A stretch of 37,346 nucleotides of DNA from Candidatus Saccharimonadota bacterium (lineage in GTDB: Bacteria > Patescibacteriota > Saccharimonadia > Saccharimonadales > Saccharimonadaceae). Numbering within the stretch: position 1 is the first letter of the stretch; each line of letters starts with the position of its first letter. Shown piece by piece: positions 23,676 through 31,878 of this stretch. The notes below the pieces were generated by a model. The model worked only from the letters and a program-made list of their open reading frames with translations. It made no database searches and was not told the origin of the DNA. The stretch covers positions 1-37,346 of the forward strand of contig JAGCSL010000090.1 of assembly GCA_017964115.1 (NCBI GenBank), in the 5' to 3' direction. Made by a program: the position numbers and the translations under genes.

Positions 23676-25271
23676 GTGAGTAGAGAAGAAAACGCTAATT
23701 ACGATTATTATAATGTGCCGAAATTGACGGATTTGTGGGACTTGGTTTGTTTGCGAAAAGATTCTAAGAAAACTGCTTTTTCTTGGCGTGAAAATGGCAA
23801 ATTGTGTCATAAAAGTTTCGCGGATTTTTATGAAGAAGTGAACATTTTGAGTGCCTATTTTTATGCAAATTACCAGGGTAAAAATATTGCCTTAATTGGC
23901 GAGGACAGCTATGCATGGGTGCTAGTTGCTTTGGCGATTGTGATAAGCGGTAATGTTTGTGTGGCTTTAGATAAGGATACCGATGCAGAATTGTTGAAAA
24001 AGCAGCTAAAACAAGTGGACGTAAAAGCGGTTTATTATTCGTTAAATTATTGTGAGAATATGGGCGAAATATTCCGAGAAAGTTATCCGCTTGAAGACTT
24101 GGATGATTATTTAAATATTGGGCGTAAATTGCATAATAAAAATATTCAGGATGCAGACAAAGATGCAATGATTTTCTTTACGTCGGGTACGACTGGATAT
24201 AGTAAGGCAGTGGTCTTATCGCAGAAAAATATAGTAGCGGATATTTACGGCGCATCGTCGCTTTATACGCCAGATAAACGAGCGGCAAGCTTTTTGCCAT
24301 ATCATCATGCGTTTGGCTTCGTGACGTCATTATTGATGCCTTTTTATTATGGTTGCGATACTTTTATTTCGAACAGCCTGAAACATCTAATGGACGACTT
24401 TAAGGACGGTAAGCCGGATGTTATTTTTGCGGTGCCGATGGTAGTAGAAACAATGTATCGTCAAATTTGGCGTACGGCACGACGCGAAAAACGCGAAAAG
24501 AAATTGGCGCGAGCCGTTAAAATTAGCGACGCGCTACGTAAAATTGGAATTGATTGGCGACAAAAGTTTTTCAAGTCAATTTTGGATGAATTTGGCGGAG
24601 AAGTAAAATATATTATCTGTGGCGGAGCGGCACTCGACGTAAAATATGTAGAATGGTTCAGAAGTATTGGTATCGAGGTATTGGTCGGCTATGGCATTAC
24701 AGAATGTTCGCCAGTTGTGGCGGTAAATCGTAACCATTATAAACGTGATGGCAGTGTAGGGCAGATTTGCCGAGACGTTGATGTGAAAATTGTAGACGAT
24801 GAAGTTGTTGTGAGTGGTGATATTGTCATGAAAGGGTACTATAAAGACCGAAAGGCGACAGAAGAAGTTCTTTCGAATGGTCATTTTCACACTGGCGATT
24901 TAGGCAAGATAGACGAAGATGGTTTTCTGTTTATAACAGGACGTAAAAAGAACTTAATTATTCTGAGTAATGGCGAAAATGTGAGCCCAGAAGAAATTGA
25001 AACTGAGTTAGCACGCGATGATGGTGTGGCGGAAGTTTTGGCTTATGACGATAACAATAGAATAGTAGTGACGATTTTCCCGAATAAGGGATACTTAGGT
25101 GATCAAGAATATTTTGATGAACTTGTGGGCGAGTATAATAAAGGCAGGCCAAAGAATCGTCAGATTGCTTTTGTGCGTTTGCGTGATAGCGAATTTCCAC
25201 GTAATAACAACGGCAAAGTTTTAAGAGATAAATTAATAGAGGAAGAAATAAATGGAAAAGGAAGTATTTAA
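23676..25271 (+). CDS. AMP-forming acyl ligase (ANL superfamily; fatty acyl-CoA/ACP synthetase-like)
   Basis: GTG start. AMP-binding core TSGTTGYSK (24180-24206), GYGITE, TGDLGKIDEDGFLFITGRKK, C-terminal NGKV. 531 aa. Confidence 0.82.
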   Translation: MSREENANYDYYNVPKLTDLWDLVCLRKDSKKTAFSWRENGKLCHKSFADFYEEVNILSAYFYANYQGKNIALIGEDSYAWVLVALAIVISGNVCVALDKDTDAELLKKQLKQVDVKAVYYSLNYCENMGEIFRESYPLEDLDDYLNIGRKLHNKNIQDADKDAMIFFTSGTTGYSKAVVLSQKNIVADIYGASSLYTPDKRAASFLPYHHAFGFVTSLLMPFYYGCDTFISNSLKHLMDDFKDGKPDVIFAVPMVVETMYRQIWRTARREKREKKLARAVKISDALRKIGIDWRQKFFKSILDEFGGEVKYIICGGAALDVKYVEWFRSIGIEVLVGYGITECSPVVAVNRNHYKRDGSVGQICRDVDVKIVDDEVVVSGDIVMKGYYKDRKATEEVLSNGHFHTGDLGKIDEDGFLFITGRKKNLIILSNGENVSPEEIETELARDDGVAEVLAYDDNNRIVVTIFPNKGYLGDQEYFDELVGEYNKGRPKNRQIAFVRLRDSEFPRNNNGKVLRDKLIEEEINGKGSI

Positions 25272-25479
25272 ATTAATCGCGGACACATTAGAAGTAGACG
25301 AAAAGAAGATTACGCTTGAGACGGACTTTCTGAATGATCTCGATGTCGAATCTTTGGATTTGGTAGATTTGGTGACCGCTTTTGAAGATAAGTATGATGT
25401 TGAAATAGCTGACAAGGATGTAAAAAATTTGCATACGGTTGGAGATGTAATTGATTACATCAAGGAACGCCAAAAATAA
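25252..25479 (+). CDS. Acyl carrier protein
   Basis: 75 aa. The pattern LNDLDVESLDLVDLVTAFEDKYDVEI places the phosphopantetheine Ser at 25351-25353. Overlaps the ligase 3' end by 20 nt. Confidence 0.85.
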   Translation: MEKEVFKLIADTLEVDEKKITLETDFLNDLDVESLDLVDLVTAFEDKYDVEIADKDVKNLHTVGDVIDYIKERQK

Positions 25480-25512
25480 ACTTAAGGGTAAATGGCGAGT
25501 TTTTAAGCTTTT

Positions 25513-25521
25513 TGGTATAAT
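25513..25521 (+). promoter_or_regulatory. Possible internal extended -10 before the GT8 genes
   Basis: TGG-TATAAT (25513-25521), 13 nt before ATG 25535. Confidence 0.4.
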
Positions 25522-25534
25522 CTAGAAAGTTGTT

Positions 25535-26347
25535 ATGAATATTTTGTATTGTGGCGACAGAAACATTCTGGATGGGTTGATTATTTCAACCCTATCTCTT
25601 GCTAAACATACATCGAGACCGCTTTCTATCTATGTGCTTACGATGCGCCTGAAGGGATATAAAGAAATACCAGCAAGCGCAATCGAAAATCTTGAGAAAA
25701 TTTTAAAGACGAAGGATGAGCGTCACTCAATTAAGTTAATTGATGCGACGGAAGCCTTTAATTCTGATATGCCGCGGGCAAATCTAAAAACCTTTTTCAC
25801 GCCGTATTGTTTGCTAAGGCTTTATGCTGATTTGATTAAAGAATTGCCGAAAAAATTACTATATCTTGATACGGATGTGGTCGCGTTGCGTGATCCGTAT
25901 GAGCTGTACAAGATGAATAACGACGAATATGAATTGATTGGGGCGGTGGATTATTATGGCCAACATTGGATTCGTACGAGCCTTTTCGAAAAAACTTATA
26001 TGAATTCAGGAGTTCTTTTGATGAATATGGATTTAATACGTCAATCGGGCTTGTTTAGAAGGACACGTCGACGCGTGGCACATACGAAGATGTTGCTGCC
26101 AGACCAAACTTCGTTAAATTTGTACTCAAGACGCAAAAAGATAGTTGATCGTAAGTTTAACGAACAAAAGCGCGAAACTGAAGATACGGTATTTAGGCAT
26201 TTTTCGACAACGTTCAGATTTTGGCCAATGTTTCATACGCAAAAGATTAAGCCTTGGGATATCGAGAAGTTGCATGATGTGTTGAAATGTCATGCTTTCG
26301 ATGACGTGCTGGATGAATATCTAAAAGTTAGAAAAAAGGTGAGATAA
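25535..26347 (+). CDS. Glycosyltransferase family 8 (retaining, LgtC/RfaJ-like)
   Basis: NILYCGD..., DxD in LLYLDTDVVAL, NSGVLLMNMDLIR. Confidence 0.8.
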   Translation: MNILYCGDRNILDGLIISTLSLAKHTSRPLSIYVLTMRLKGYKEIPASAIENLEKILKTKDERHSIKLIDATEAFNSDMPRANLKTFFTPYCLLRLYADLIKELPKKLLYLDTDVVALRDPYELYKMNNDEYELIGAVDYYGQHWIRTSLFEKTYMNSGVLLMNMDLIRQSGLFRRTRRRVAHTKMLLPDQTSLNLYSRRKKIVDRKFNEQKRETEDTVFRHFSTTFRFWPMFHTQKIKPWDIEKLHDVLKCHAFDDVLDEYLKVRKKVR

Positions 26348-26348
26348 G

Positions 26349-27305
26349 ATGAGCAAGCTAACTGTGCCAGTATTCTTTTCCGTCGACGAAAAATATGCGC
26401 CATATCTTGGTATTGCGATGGCCTCTCTGATAGAGCATACGAATAAAGAATATAATTACGAAATTCATGTCGTGCATAATAATACGAAAAAACGTACGAT
26501 GCAAAAGATTAAAAATCTTAGCAAAGGCCACGACAACGTGAAGATTATTTTGACCGAAATGAAAGATAAATTACGTGGAATTTCGGATCGAAAGGAAACG
26601 CGCTTGAAGGGTGATTACTTTACGCCGACGATTTATTACCGGATTTTCTTGCCAGAAATGTTCCCAGATTATGATAAAGGCATTTATCTTGATAGTGACA
26701 TCGTAGTGCTGGGTGACGTCGCAGAATTATTTAAGACTGATTTAGGTGATAATTTGATAGGCGCTTGTTCGGATATTTCGGCGAATAATAACCAGCTGTT
26801 TTGTGATTATTTTGAGCGCGTTGTGGGCGTGAAGAGTAAGAAATATATCAATTCCGGTGTGCTATTGATGAATTTCAAAAAAATGCGCGACGAAGAATTC
26901 GTGGAGCGTTTCTTGTATTTACTGAATACCTATGATTTCGATACGGTTGCGCCAGATCAAGATTACTTAAATTCGATGTGCGATGGCCGCATTATGCATC
27001 TAGACCAGATTTGGAATGCAATGCCGACACCTACGCAAAAATTTGTGCGTAATCCGATGATAGTGCATTATAATATGTTCTTTAAACCGTGGCATTATGA
27101 CGGTACGATGTATGAAGAGCATTTCTGGAAGTATGCTAATGAGTCAGTTTTTTTGAAGGATATTCAACGTGAAAAGAAATCGTTTACGCGGTGGGATAAA
27201 AAAGGCGATGAGAAACGCTTGCAATGGATGGCCGATCGCGTTACGGAGATTCTCGGAAACGAGATGACGTTTCGAACAGTTTTACGTAAAGAAGAGAAAA
27301 GATGA
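26349..27305 (+). CDS. Glycosyltransferase family 8 (second copy)
   Basis: VFFSVDEKYAPYLGIAMASL, DxD in IYLDSDIVVLGD, INSGVLLMNFKKMR. Starts 1 nt after the upstream stop. Confidence 0.8.
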   Translation: MSKLTVPVFFSVDEKYAPYLGIAMASLIEHTNKEYNYEIHVVHNNTKKRTMQKIKNLSKGHDNVKIILTEMKDKLRGISDRKETRLKGDYFTPTIYYRIFLPEMFPDYDKGIYLDSDIVVLGDVAELFKTDLGDNLIGACSDISANNNQLFCDYFERVVGVKSKKYINSGVLLMNFKKMRDEEFVERFLYLLNTYDFDTVAPDQDYLNSMCDGRIMHLDQIWNAMPTPTQKFVRNPMIVHYNMFFKPWHYDGTMYEEHFWKYANESVFLKDIQREKKSFTRWDKKGDEKRLQWMADRVTEILGNEMTFRTVLRKEEKR

Positions 27306-28168
27306 TTATTGGTGGCGATAAAACTCCGGTTATTGAAAATATTAAGAAGAACATCAAAAACGAGGAGTTTAACAAAAAAGTTGAAGTTGATGACCCGACA
27401 ATGTCGGACGAAGAGGCTGAGCGCGCAATCAATGAATTCAAAGATTTTCGCAATAATCATAAGTTTAAATTTTTCTGGCGCCGTAGGGGAGCAGTTGCAA
27501 TTCAGAGAATTATGGGCGGAGTAATGAGCCCCTCAATTAGAATCGATGGAATTGAGAAGCTGGACACAATCAAGAAGGGCGCTATTGTCACAAGCAATCA
27601 TTTTAATCATTGCGATAGTATGTGCGCACGCAAAGTTATTCGCAAAAAATTTCATAAAACACCATACATTGTGATTCAAGAAACGAACGTAGCGATGCCG
27701 GGTATTATTGGTTATTTAATGAATAATTTAAACACTTTACCGCTCAGAAAGGGTCCAAACTATATAACAAAAGAATTTGTACCTGAATTGAAGGAACTGA
27801 CTGATAGAGGTGAATTTGTCTTAATATATCCAGAAGAGGAGATGTGGTACAACTACCGTAAACCACGCCCATGCAAACGTGGTAGTTATATGTTTGCTGC
27901 GATGGCGAATGTTCCGGTGGTGCCGATTTTTGTGGAAATAATTGATTCGGGCAAGAAGGATAATGATCAGTTTAATTTATTGAAATTTGTTGCGCATGTA
28001 TTAGACCCAATTTATCCAGATTCGGAAAAAACCGTCAAAGAAAATAGTCGCGAAATGGCAGAAAAAGATTATGCGGAAAGGGTTGAGGCTTATGAGAAAG
28101 CCTATGGCGAAAAGTTGAATTATAAGTTTTCCGCAAAAGATATAGTAGGGTTGAGAACTAAGATTTAG
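27302..28168 (+). CDS. Lysophospholipid/glycerolipid acyltransferase (PlsC/LPLAT family)
   Basis: HX4D block HFNHCD at 27599-27616 and an IYPEEE block (FPEGT-like). 4-nt overlap with the upstream GT8. Confidence 0.75.
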   Translation: MIIGGDKTPVIENIKKNIKNEEFNKKVEVDDPTMSDEEAERAINEFKDFRNNHKFKFFWRRRGAVAIQRIMGGVMSPSIRIDGIEKLDTIKKGAIVTSNHFNHCDSMCARKVIRKKFHKTPYIVIQETNVAMPGIIGYLMNNLNTLPLRKGPNYITKEFVPELKELTDRGEFVLIYPEEEMWYNYRKPRPCKRGSYMFAAMANVPVVPIFVEIIDSGKKDNDQFNLLKFVAHVLDPIYPDSEKTVKENSREMAEKDYAERVEAYEKAYGEKLNYKFSAKDIVGLRTKI

Positions 28169-28919
28169 GCTTATATTCTATGTAGGCGTAGTTGCTGAGA
28201 TTGGCGCGTCGTTGCATGGTCTCGGTGATTTTTTCTTGATAGTAATGAGTCTTGTCTTTGCGCGGCAAATCTTTCGGTGCGCGAATTGGGCCATCGACAT
28301 AGATAGTTATTTTTGGTTTCTTATGAAACTTTGATTTTTGATAGGTTGTCGTGGCGACGAAAACGGGAGCGTTAATTGTTGCGGGGTAATGAAAAGCGGC
28401 CGTGTTCATAGGGCGAATGCCGGTATACCATGGCCAAACGTGAGCTTCTGGATAGGTGACAATCACTTTTTTCTGTTGAATACGAGTTTTTATTGCAGAG
28501 TTAAACTGTTGAAGTTGATGGATATTGTCTGGGATAGGCAAAGCGCCCATTAATGGCAACTGTCGACCGATTGCGACAATGCCAAGATTGGCTGGACTGC
28601 AAATTAGATAAGGATGAGTTGGAAAAGTTGTGATGAAATGATTTACGACATCTCCGAAAACTTGAGTATGGCTGGAATAGAGGAAATAGCCTTGTTTTTT
28701 GGCCTTTTTAAGGACTTTTTTATTGACGATTTTGACGTGGGCGTAGAACTTTTGATAGCAAAATACAAAAATAATGATAATCGGATAGAGTAGAGCAGAG
28801 ATAATGCGATGAGATAGTTTTGGATTAATCCACTGATAGTCATCGGGGAGTTTATAGTCCTGCTGTTTGCTTTCGGAAAAGTCTTGGTCAAAAGACTTGT
28901 AGTATTTTACGTGGTTCAT
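28158..28919 (-). CDS. Putative membrane-associated acyltransferase (LPLAT-like, divergent)
   Basis: N-terminal TM helix. SSHTQVFGD (His...Asp block with non-canonical spacing) and TYPEAHVWP (PEG-like block). Last gene of the zur-znu operon (4-nt overlap with znuB). Confidence 0.5.
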   Translation of the reverse strand: MNHVKYYKSFDQDFSESKQQDYKLPDDYQWINPKLSHRIISALLYPIIIIFVFCYQKFYAHVKIVNKKVLKKAKKQGYFLYSSHTQVFGDVVNHFITTFPTHPYLICSPANLGIVAIGRQLPLMGALPIPDNIHQLQQFNSAIKTRIQQKKVIVTYPEAHVWPWYTGIRPMNTAAFHYPATINAPVFVATTTYQKSKFHKKPKITIYVDGPIRAPKDLPRKDKTHYYQEKITETMQRRANLSNYAYIEYKPKS

Positions 28920-29728
28920 CTTAGCTTATTATATATCCAACAAAGAATGAGCATGATTAGGTTTGTTAGAACAATAGTTGCGCCGGTTGGAGCGTTAAAT
29001 GCATAAGACATTGTAAAACCAATAATAAAACAGACGACAGATATTATTAGAGAAATGATGATATTTTGGTGATAGTTTTTACTGAGATAGAGCGCAGATA
29101 GACTGGGGAAGATTATTAGGCTTGAAATAAGCAGTGCCCCCAACATACGCATACCGACAACAACGATGAGCGCACAGAGAATGGCAAGAATAGTATTGTA
29201 TAGTTCAGTTTTTAGACCAATGGCCTTAGCGAACTTTTCGTCAAATGTAATAGCAAAAATTTGGCGGCGGAGGCATAAATAAATTGCAACTACAATGAAC
29301 CCTAAGATGGCGCAAATAATTAAATCGTGTTGACCGATAGCGAGAATGCTACCAAATAAGTAAGCGTTTAGATCGATGTTTGTGCCACGATTAACAGATA
29401 TGAGGAATGTACCAAGAGCGAGAGCGGATGCAGACAGTACGGCAATGGCAGCATCTCCGTTGATTTTTGAGTTTTGGTTTAAACGCAATATAAGAATTGC
29501 TGCAATAATAACGATTGGGATTGAAAATTCTATCGGTGCGAGGTCGAGGATAGTTGCGATGGCGGCAGAACCGAATGCAACGTGAGATAAACCGTCGCCA
29601 ATCATGGATTGTTTGCGCAAAACGAGACTTGAGCCAATAAGGGCGGAGCAGATTGCAATGATGATTCCGGCTAAAAATGCGCGCAGGATGAAATTATAGT
29701 TAAGCATCTCGATGAAACTACTCAGCAT
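28916..29728 (-). CDS. znuB: Metal (Zn/Mn) ABC transporter permease, ABC-3 family
   Basis: 270 aa, polytopic. Typical ABC-3 blocks (GDGLSHVAFGS, ...FDEKFAKAIG...). Confidence 0.82.
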   Translation of the reverse strand: MLSSFIEMLNYNFILRAFLAGIIIAICSALIGSSLVLRKQSMIGDGLSHVAFGSAAIATILDLAPIEFSIPIVIIAAILILRLNQNSKINGDAAIAVLSASALALGTFLISVNRGTNIDLNAYLFGSILAIGQHDLIICAILGFIVVAIYLCLRRQIFAITFDEKFAKAIGLKTELYNTILAILCALIVVVGMRMLGALLISSLIIFPSLSALYLSKNYHQNIIISLIISVVCFIIGFTMSYAFNAPTGATIVLTNLIMLILCWIYNKLR

Positions 29729-30386
29729 GAATCCTCCTTACATAATCGGAAGTGCTACCAAAAAATGGAAGATTCGGGTCAAGAGACAGAATTTTATTAC
29801 CGATGAGATTGTGGTGGTCGAGGTCGTGAGTAACCATGAGAATAGTGGTAGTTTGATTAAGTTTTTTCAGGATTTTATAAAAATCTTGCTTAGATTTGTA
29901 ATCAAGATTATTAGACGGCTCGTCAAGGATTAGAATATCTGTGCTGGCGACTAAGGCGCGAGCGAGTAGAACGCGTTGACGTTGGCCGCCGGATAGCTCC
30001 TGAAATGATTTATTTTTTAGAGTATTTAGCTGAAGTGTTTCGAGAACGGAGCTAATTTTAGCTTTTGGATAAGGAGTAAATGGGCCGATTTGATTAAGAG
30101 CACCAGATGCAACGATTTCGTAGACTGAAGCGGGGAAGATGGGATTTAGTTCGGTGTTTTGAGGCAAGTAGCCGATATGGTGATTTTTAGAACCATTTTT
30201 AAAGAGAATTTTTCCTGAACTTGGCTTTATCTCGCCAAGAATGCATTTGAGAAGAGTGGATTTTCCTGAGCCATTTGGCCCAACAATGCAAAGGAAATCT
30301 TTATCTTCTACAGTGAAAGAGAGATTTTTGAATACAAAATGATGGCCATAACGAAGACTTAGGTGCTTAGCCTGCAGTGCGGTCAT
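29718..30386 (-). CDS. znuC: Metal ABC transporter ATP-binding protein
   Basis: Walker A GPNGSGKST, signature LSGGQRQRVLLARAL, Walker B ILILDEP. Confidence 0.88.
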   Translation of the reverse strand: MTALQAKHLSLRYGHHFVFKNLSFTVEDKDFLCIVGPNGSGKSTLLKCILGEIKPSSGKILFKNGSKNHHIGYLPQNTELNPIFPASVYEIVASGALNQIGPFTPYPKAKISSVLETLQLNTLKNKSFQELSGGQRQRVLLARALVASTDILILDEPSNNLDYKSKQDFYKILKKLNQTTTILMVTHDLDHHNLIGNKILSLDPNLPFFGSTSDYVRRIHAE

Positions 30387-31332
30387 GAAGAGCCTCGCCT
30401 AAGTTTTTTAGATTCTCCTGCATAAAATCGAGATACGTTTTGCCAGCATCGAAATCGGCTTGAGAAAGATTATGGACGGAATGCCAGGTAAGAACAGTGG
30501 CTTTAGTAGATTTTGAAACAGTTTGGGCGATTTTGCCGTTCGATAACTCTAGTTTGAAAATAATTTTATTTGAACTATCTTTGGTAGCTTTAATGAGTTC
30601 AGCAACGGTTTTGGCGGAAGCCTCAGTTTGCTCGGAACAGCCAGGAAAGGCGGCTAAATAATTGAAGCCATACTCGTTGGTGAAATAAAGAAAAGGGAAA
30701 CGGTCGGCAATGATAATGGTACCAGTTTTTTGCGACGCTAGACTACGAAAGCTTTCGTCGAGTTTTTCGAGATCGGTTTTGAATTGATCAAGATTGCGCT
30801 GAATAGTTGATGTATTGTCTGGCGCGTGGTTCTTGATAGCTTGCGCGATAGCTTCAGAAATTTTTATGACATTATTGGGATTAGTCCAAACGTGTTCATC
30901 GTAATCTGTTTCGGTTTTTATATCATTACTCTTTGCGTTGAGGATATTGTCTAGAGATTCTTCTTTTAGCTCTACGGAATCCATCATACGGACAATTACA
31001 GTATTATCTTTATCAATTTCGTTAAGAATACTATTTATCCAACTTTCAGATTCGCCACCATTATAAATAAAGATATTTGATTCTTTAATAGCGATAATAT
31101 CTTGTGGGGTAGGCTCGTAGCTATGCAAATCAGCGCCAGGCTTAATGAGCATTTTAATTTCGGTATTGGTATCCTTGCTGATTGTGCGTGCGAAATCATA
31201 GGCCGGGAAGATAGTGGTGACTATTTTAGTTTGCTCAACTTCTGGTGTTTGGTTACTGATGGGAAGGAAGAATAGAGTAGAAAAAGTGGCGATGAGGGCA
31301 AGGAAGAAAATGATTTTGAGAATAGTTCTCAT
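30367..31332 (-). CDS. znuA: Metal ABC transporter substrate-binding protein (ZnuA/TroA family)
   Basis: Signal/anchor MRTILKIIFFLALIATF. HSYEPTP and DEHVW metal-ligand blocks. ATG 31332 is preferred over 31359 because it lies 1 nt after the zur stop. Confidence 0.82.
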   Translation of the reverse strand: MRTILKIIFFLALIATFSTLFFLPISNQTPEVEQTKIVTTIFPAYDFARTISKDTNTEIKMLIKPGADLHSYEPTPQDIIAIKESNIFIYNGGESESWINSILNEIDKDNTVIVRMMDSVELKEESLDNILNAKSNDIKTETDYDEHVWTNPNNVIKISEAIAQAIKNHAPDNTSTIQRNLDQFKTDLEKLDESFRSLASQKTGTIIIADRFPFLYFTNEYGFNYLAAFPGCSEQTEASAKTVAELIKATKDSSNKIIFKLELSNGKIAQTVSKSTKATVLTWHSVHNLSQADFDAGKTYLDFMQENLKNLGEALHDRTAG

Positions 31333-31333
31333 A

Positions 31334-31744
31334 TTAAGCCTTCTTTGCGCAGTCGGCACAGGTGCCAGTTAAAACTAGACTATAATTTGAAACTTTAAAA
31401 TCATGCTTCTTGGATAGATGTTTGGAAAAATTTTTGAGATGGCGACAGTCGATATGAGTCATGCGATGACACTTTTCGCATTCAAGATAGAAATGGTTTT
31501 CATCAGTGCAGGGTTTGAAATAAAAGTATTTAGTAGTATTATTATCGCCGATAATTTTACGAATAGTACCATCGGAGGAAAATTCATCTAAGAAACGATA
31601 GACTGTGCTGGTGCCCATGGGGTTTTCATCTTCTTTAAGACGTTCTAGGACTTCTTTAGCCGTGAAAGGCTTGCGGAAAGTTTGAATTGTTTGCAGAAAA
31701 TAGTTGCGATTAATTGTGTTGTATTTCATTTTATAACTCTTCAC
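31334..31744 (-). CDS. zur: Fur-family metalloregulator, probably Zur
   Basis: 136 aa. Winged helix (STVYRFLDEF), structural Zn sites CEKC and CADC. First gene of the metal-uptake operon. Confidence 0.75.
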   Translation of the reverse strand: MKSYKMKYNTINRNYFLQTIQTFRKPFTAKEVLERLKEDENPMGTSTVYRFLDEFSSDGTIRKIIGDNNTTKYFYFKPCTDENHFYLECEKCHRMTHIDCRHLKNFSKHLSKKHDFKVSNYSLVLTGTCADCAKKA

Positions 31745-31750
31745 TTCTTG

Positions 31751-31773
31751 AATTTGGGAATGATTTCCAAATT
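31751..31773. promoter_or_regulatory. Candidate Zur/Fur operator (23-bp imperfect palindrome)
   Basis: AATTTGGgaatgatttCCAAATT has perfect 7-bp arms around an AT-rich core. It lies 7 nt upstream of the zur start. Confidence 0.55.
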
Positions 31774-31878
31774 AGTATAGTATATATACGCTAATTAGTA
31801 AAGTACTAAAATGGTGCTTGTGCTTTGGTTTGCAGTATGATTAAATGGATATCAGGAAAAAGGAGTTAGTGGAGTTTT

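Noticed and set aside
23676-25479. Ligase plus carrier protein as DltA/DltC (D-alanylation of teichoic acids)
   Set aside because: No DltB (MBOAT) or DltD lies nearby. The neighbours are GT8 and LPLAT acyltransferases, and the ligase is longer than a typical DltA. This is not fully excluded without a phylogeny.
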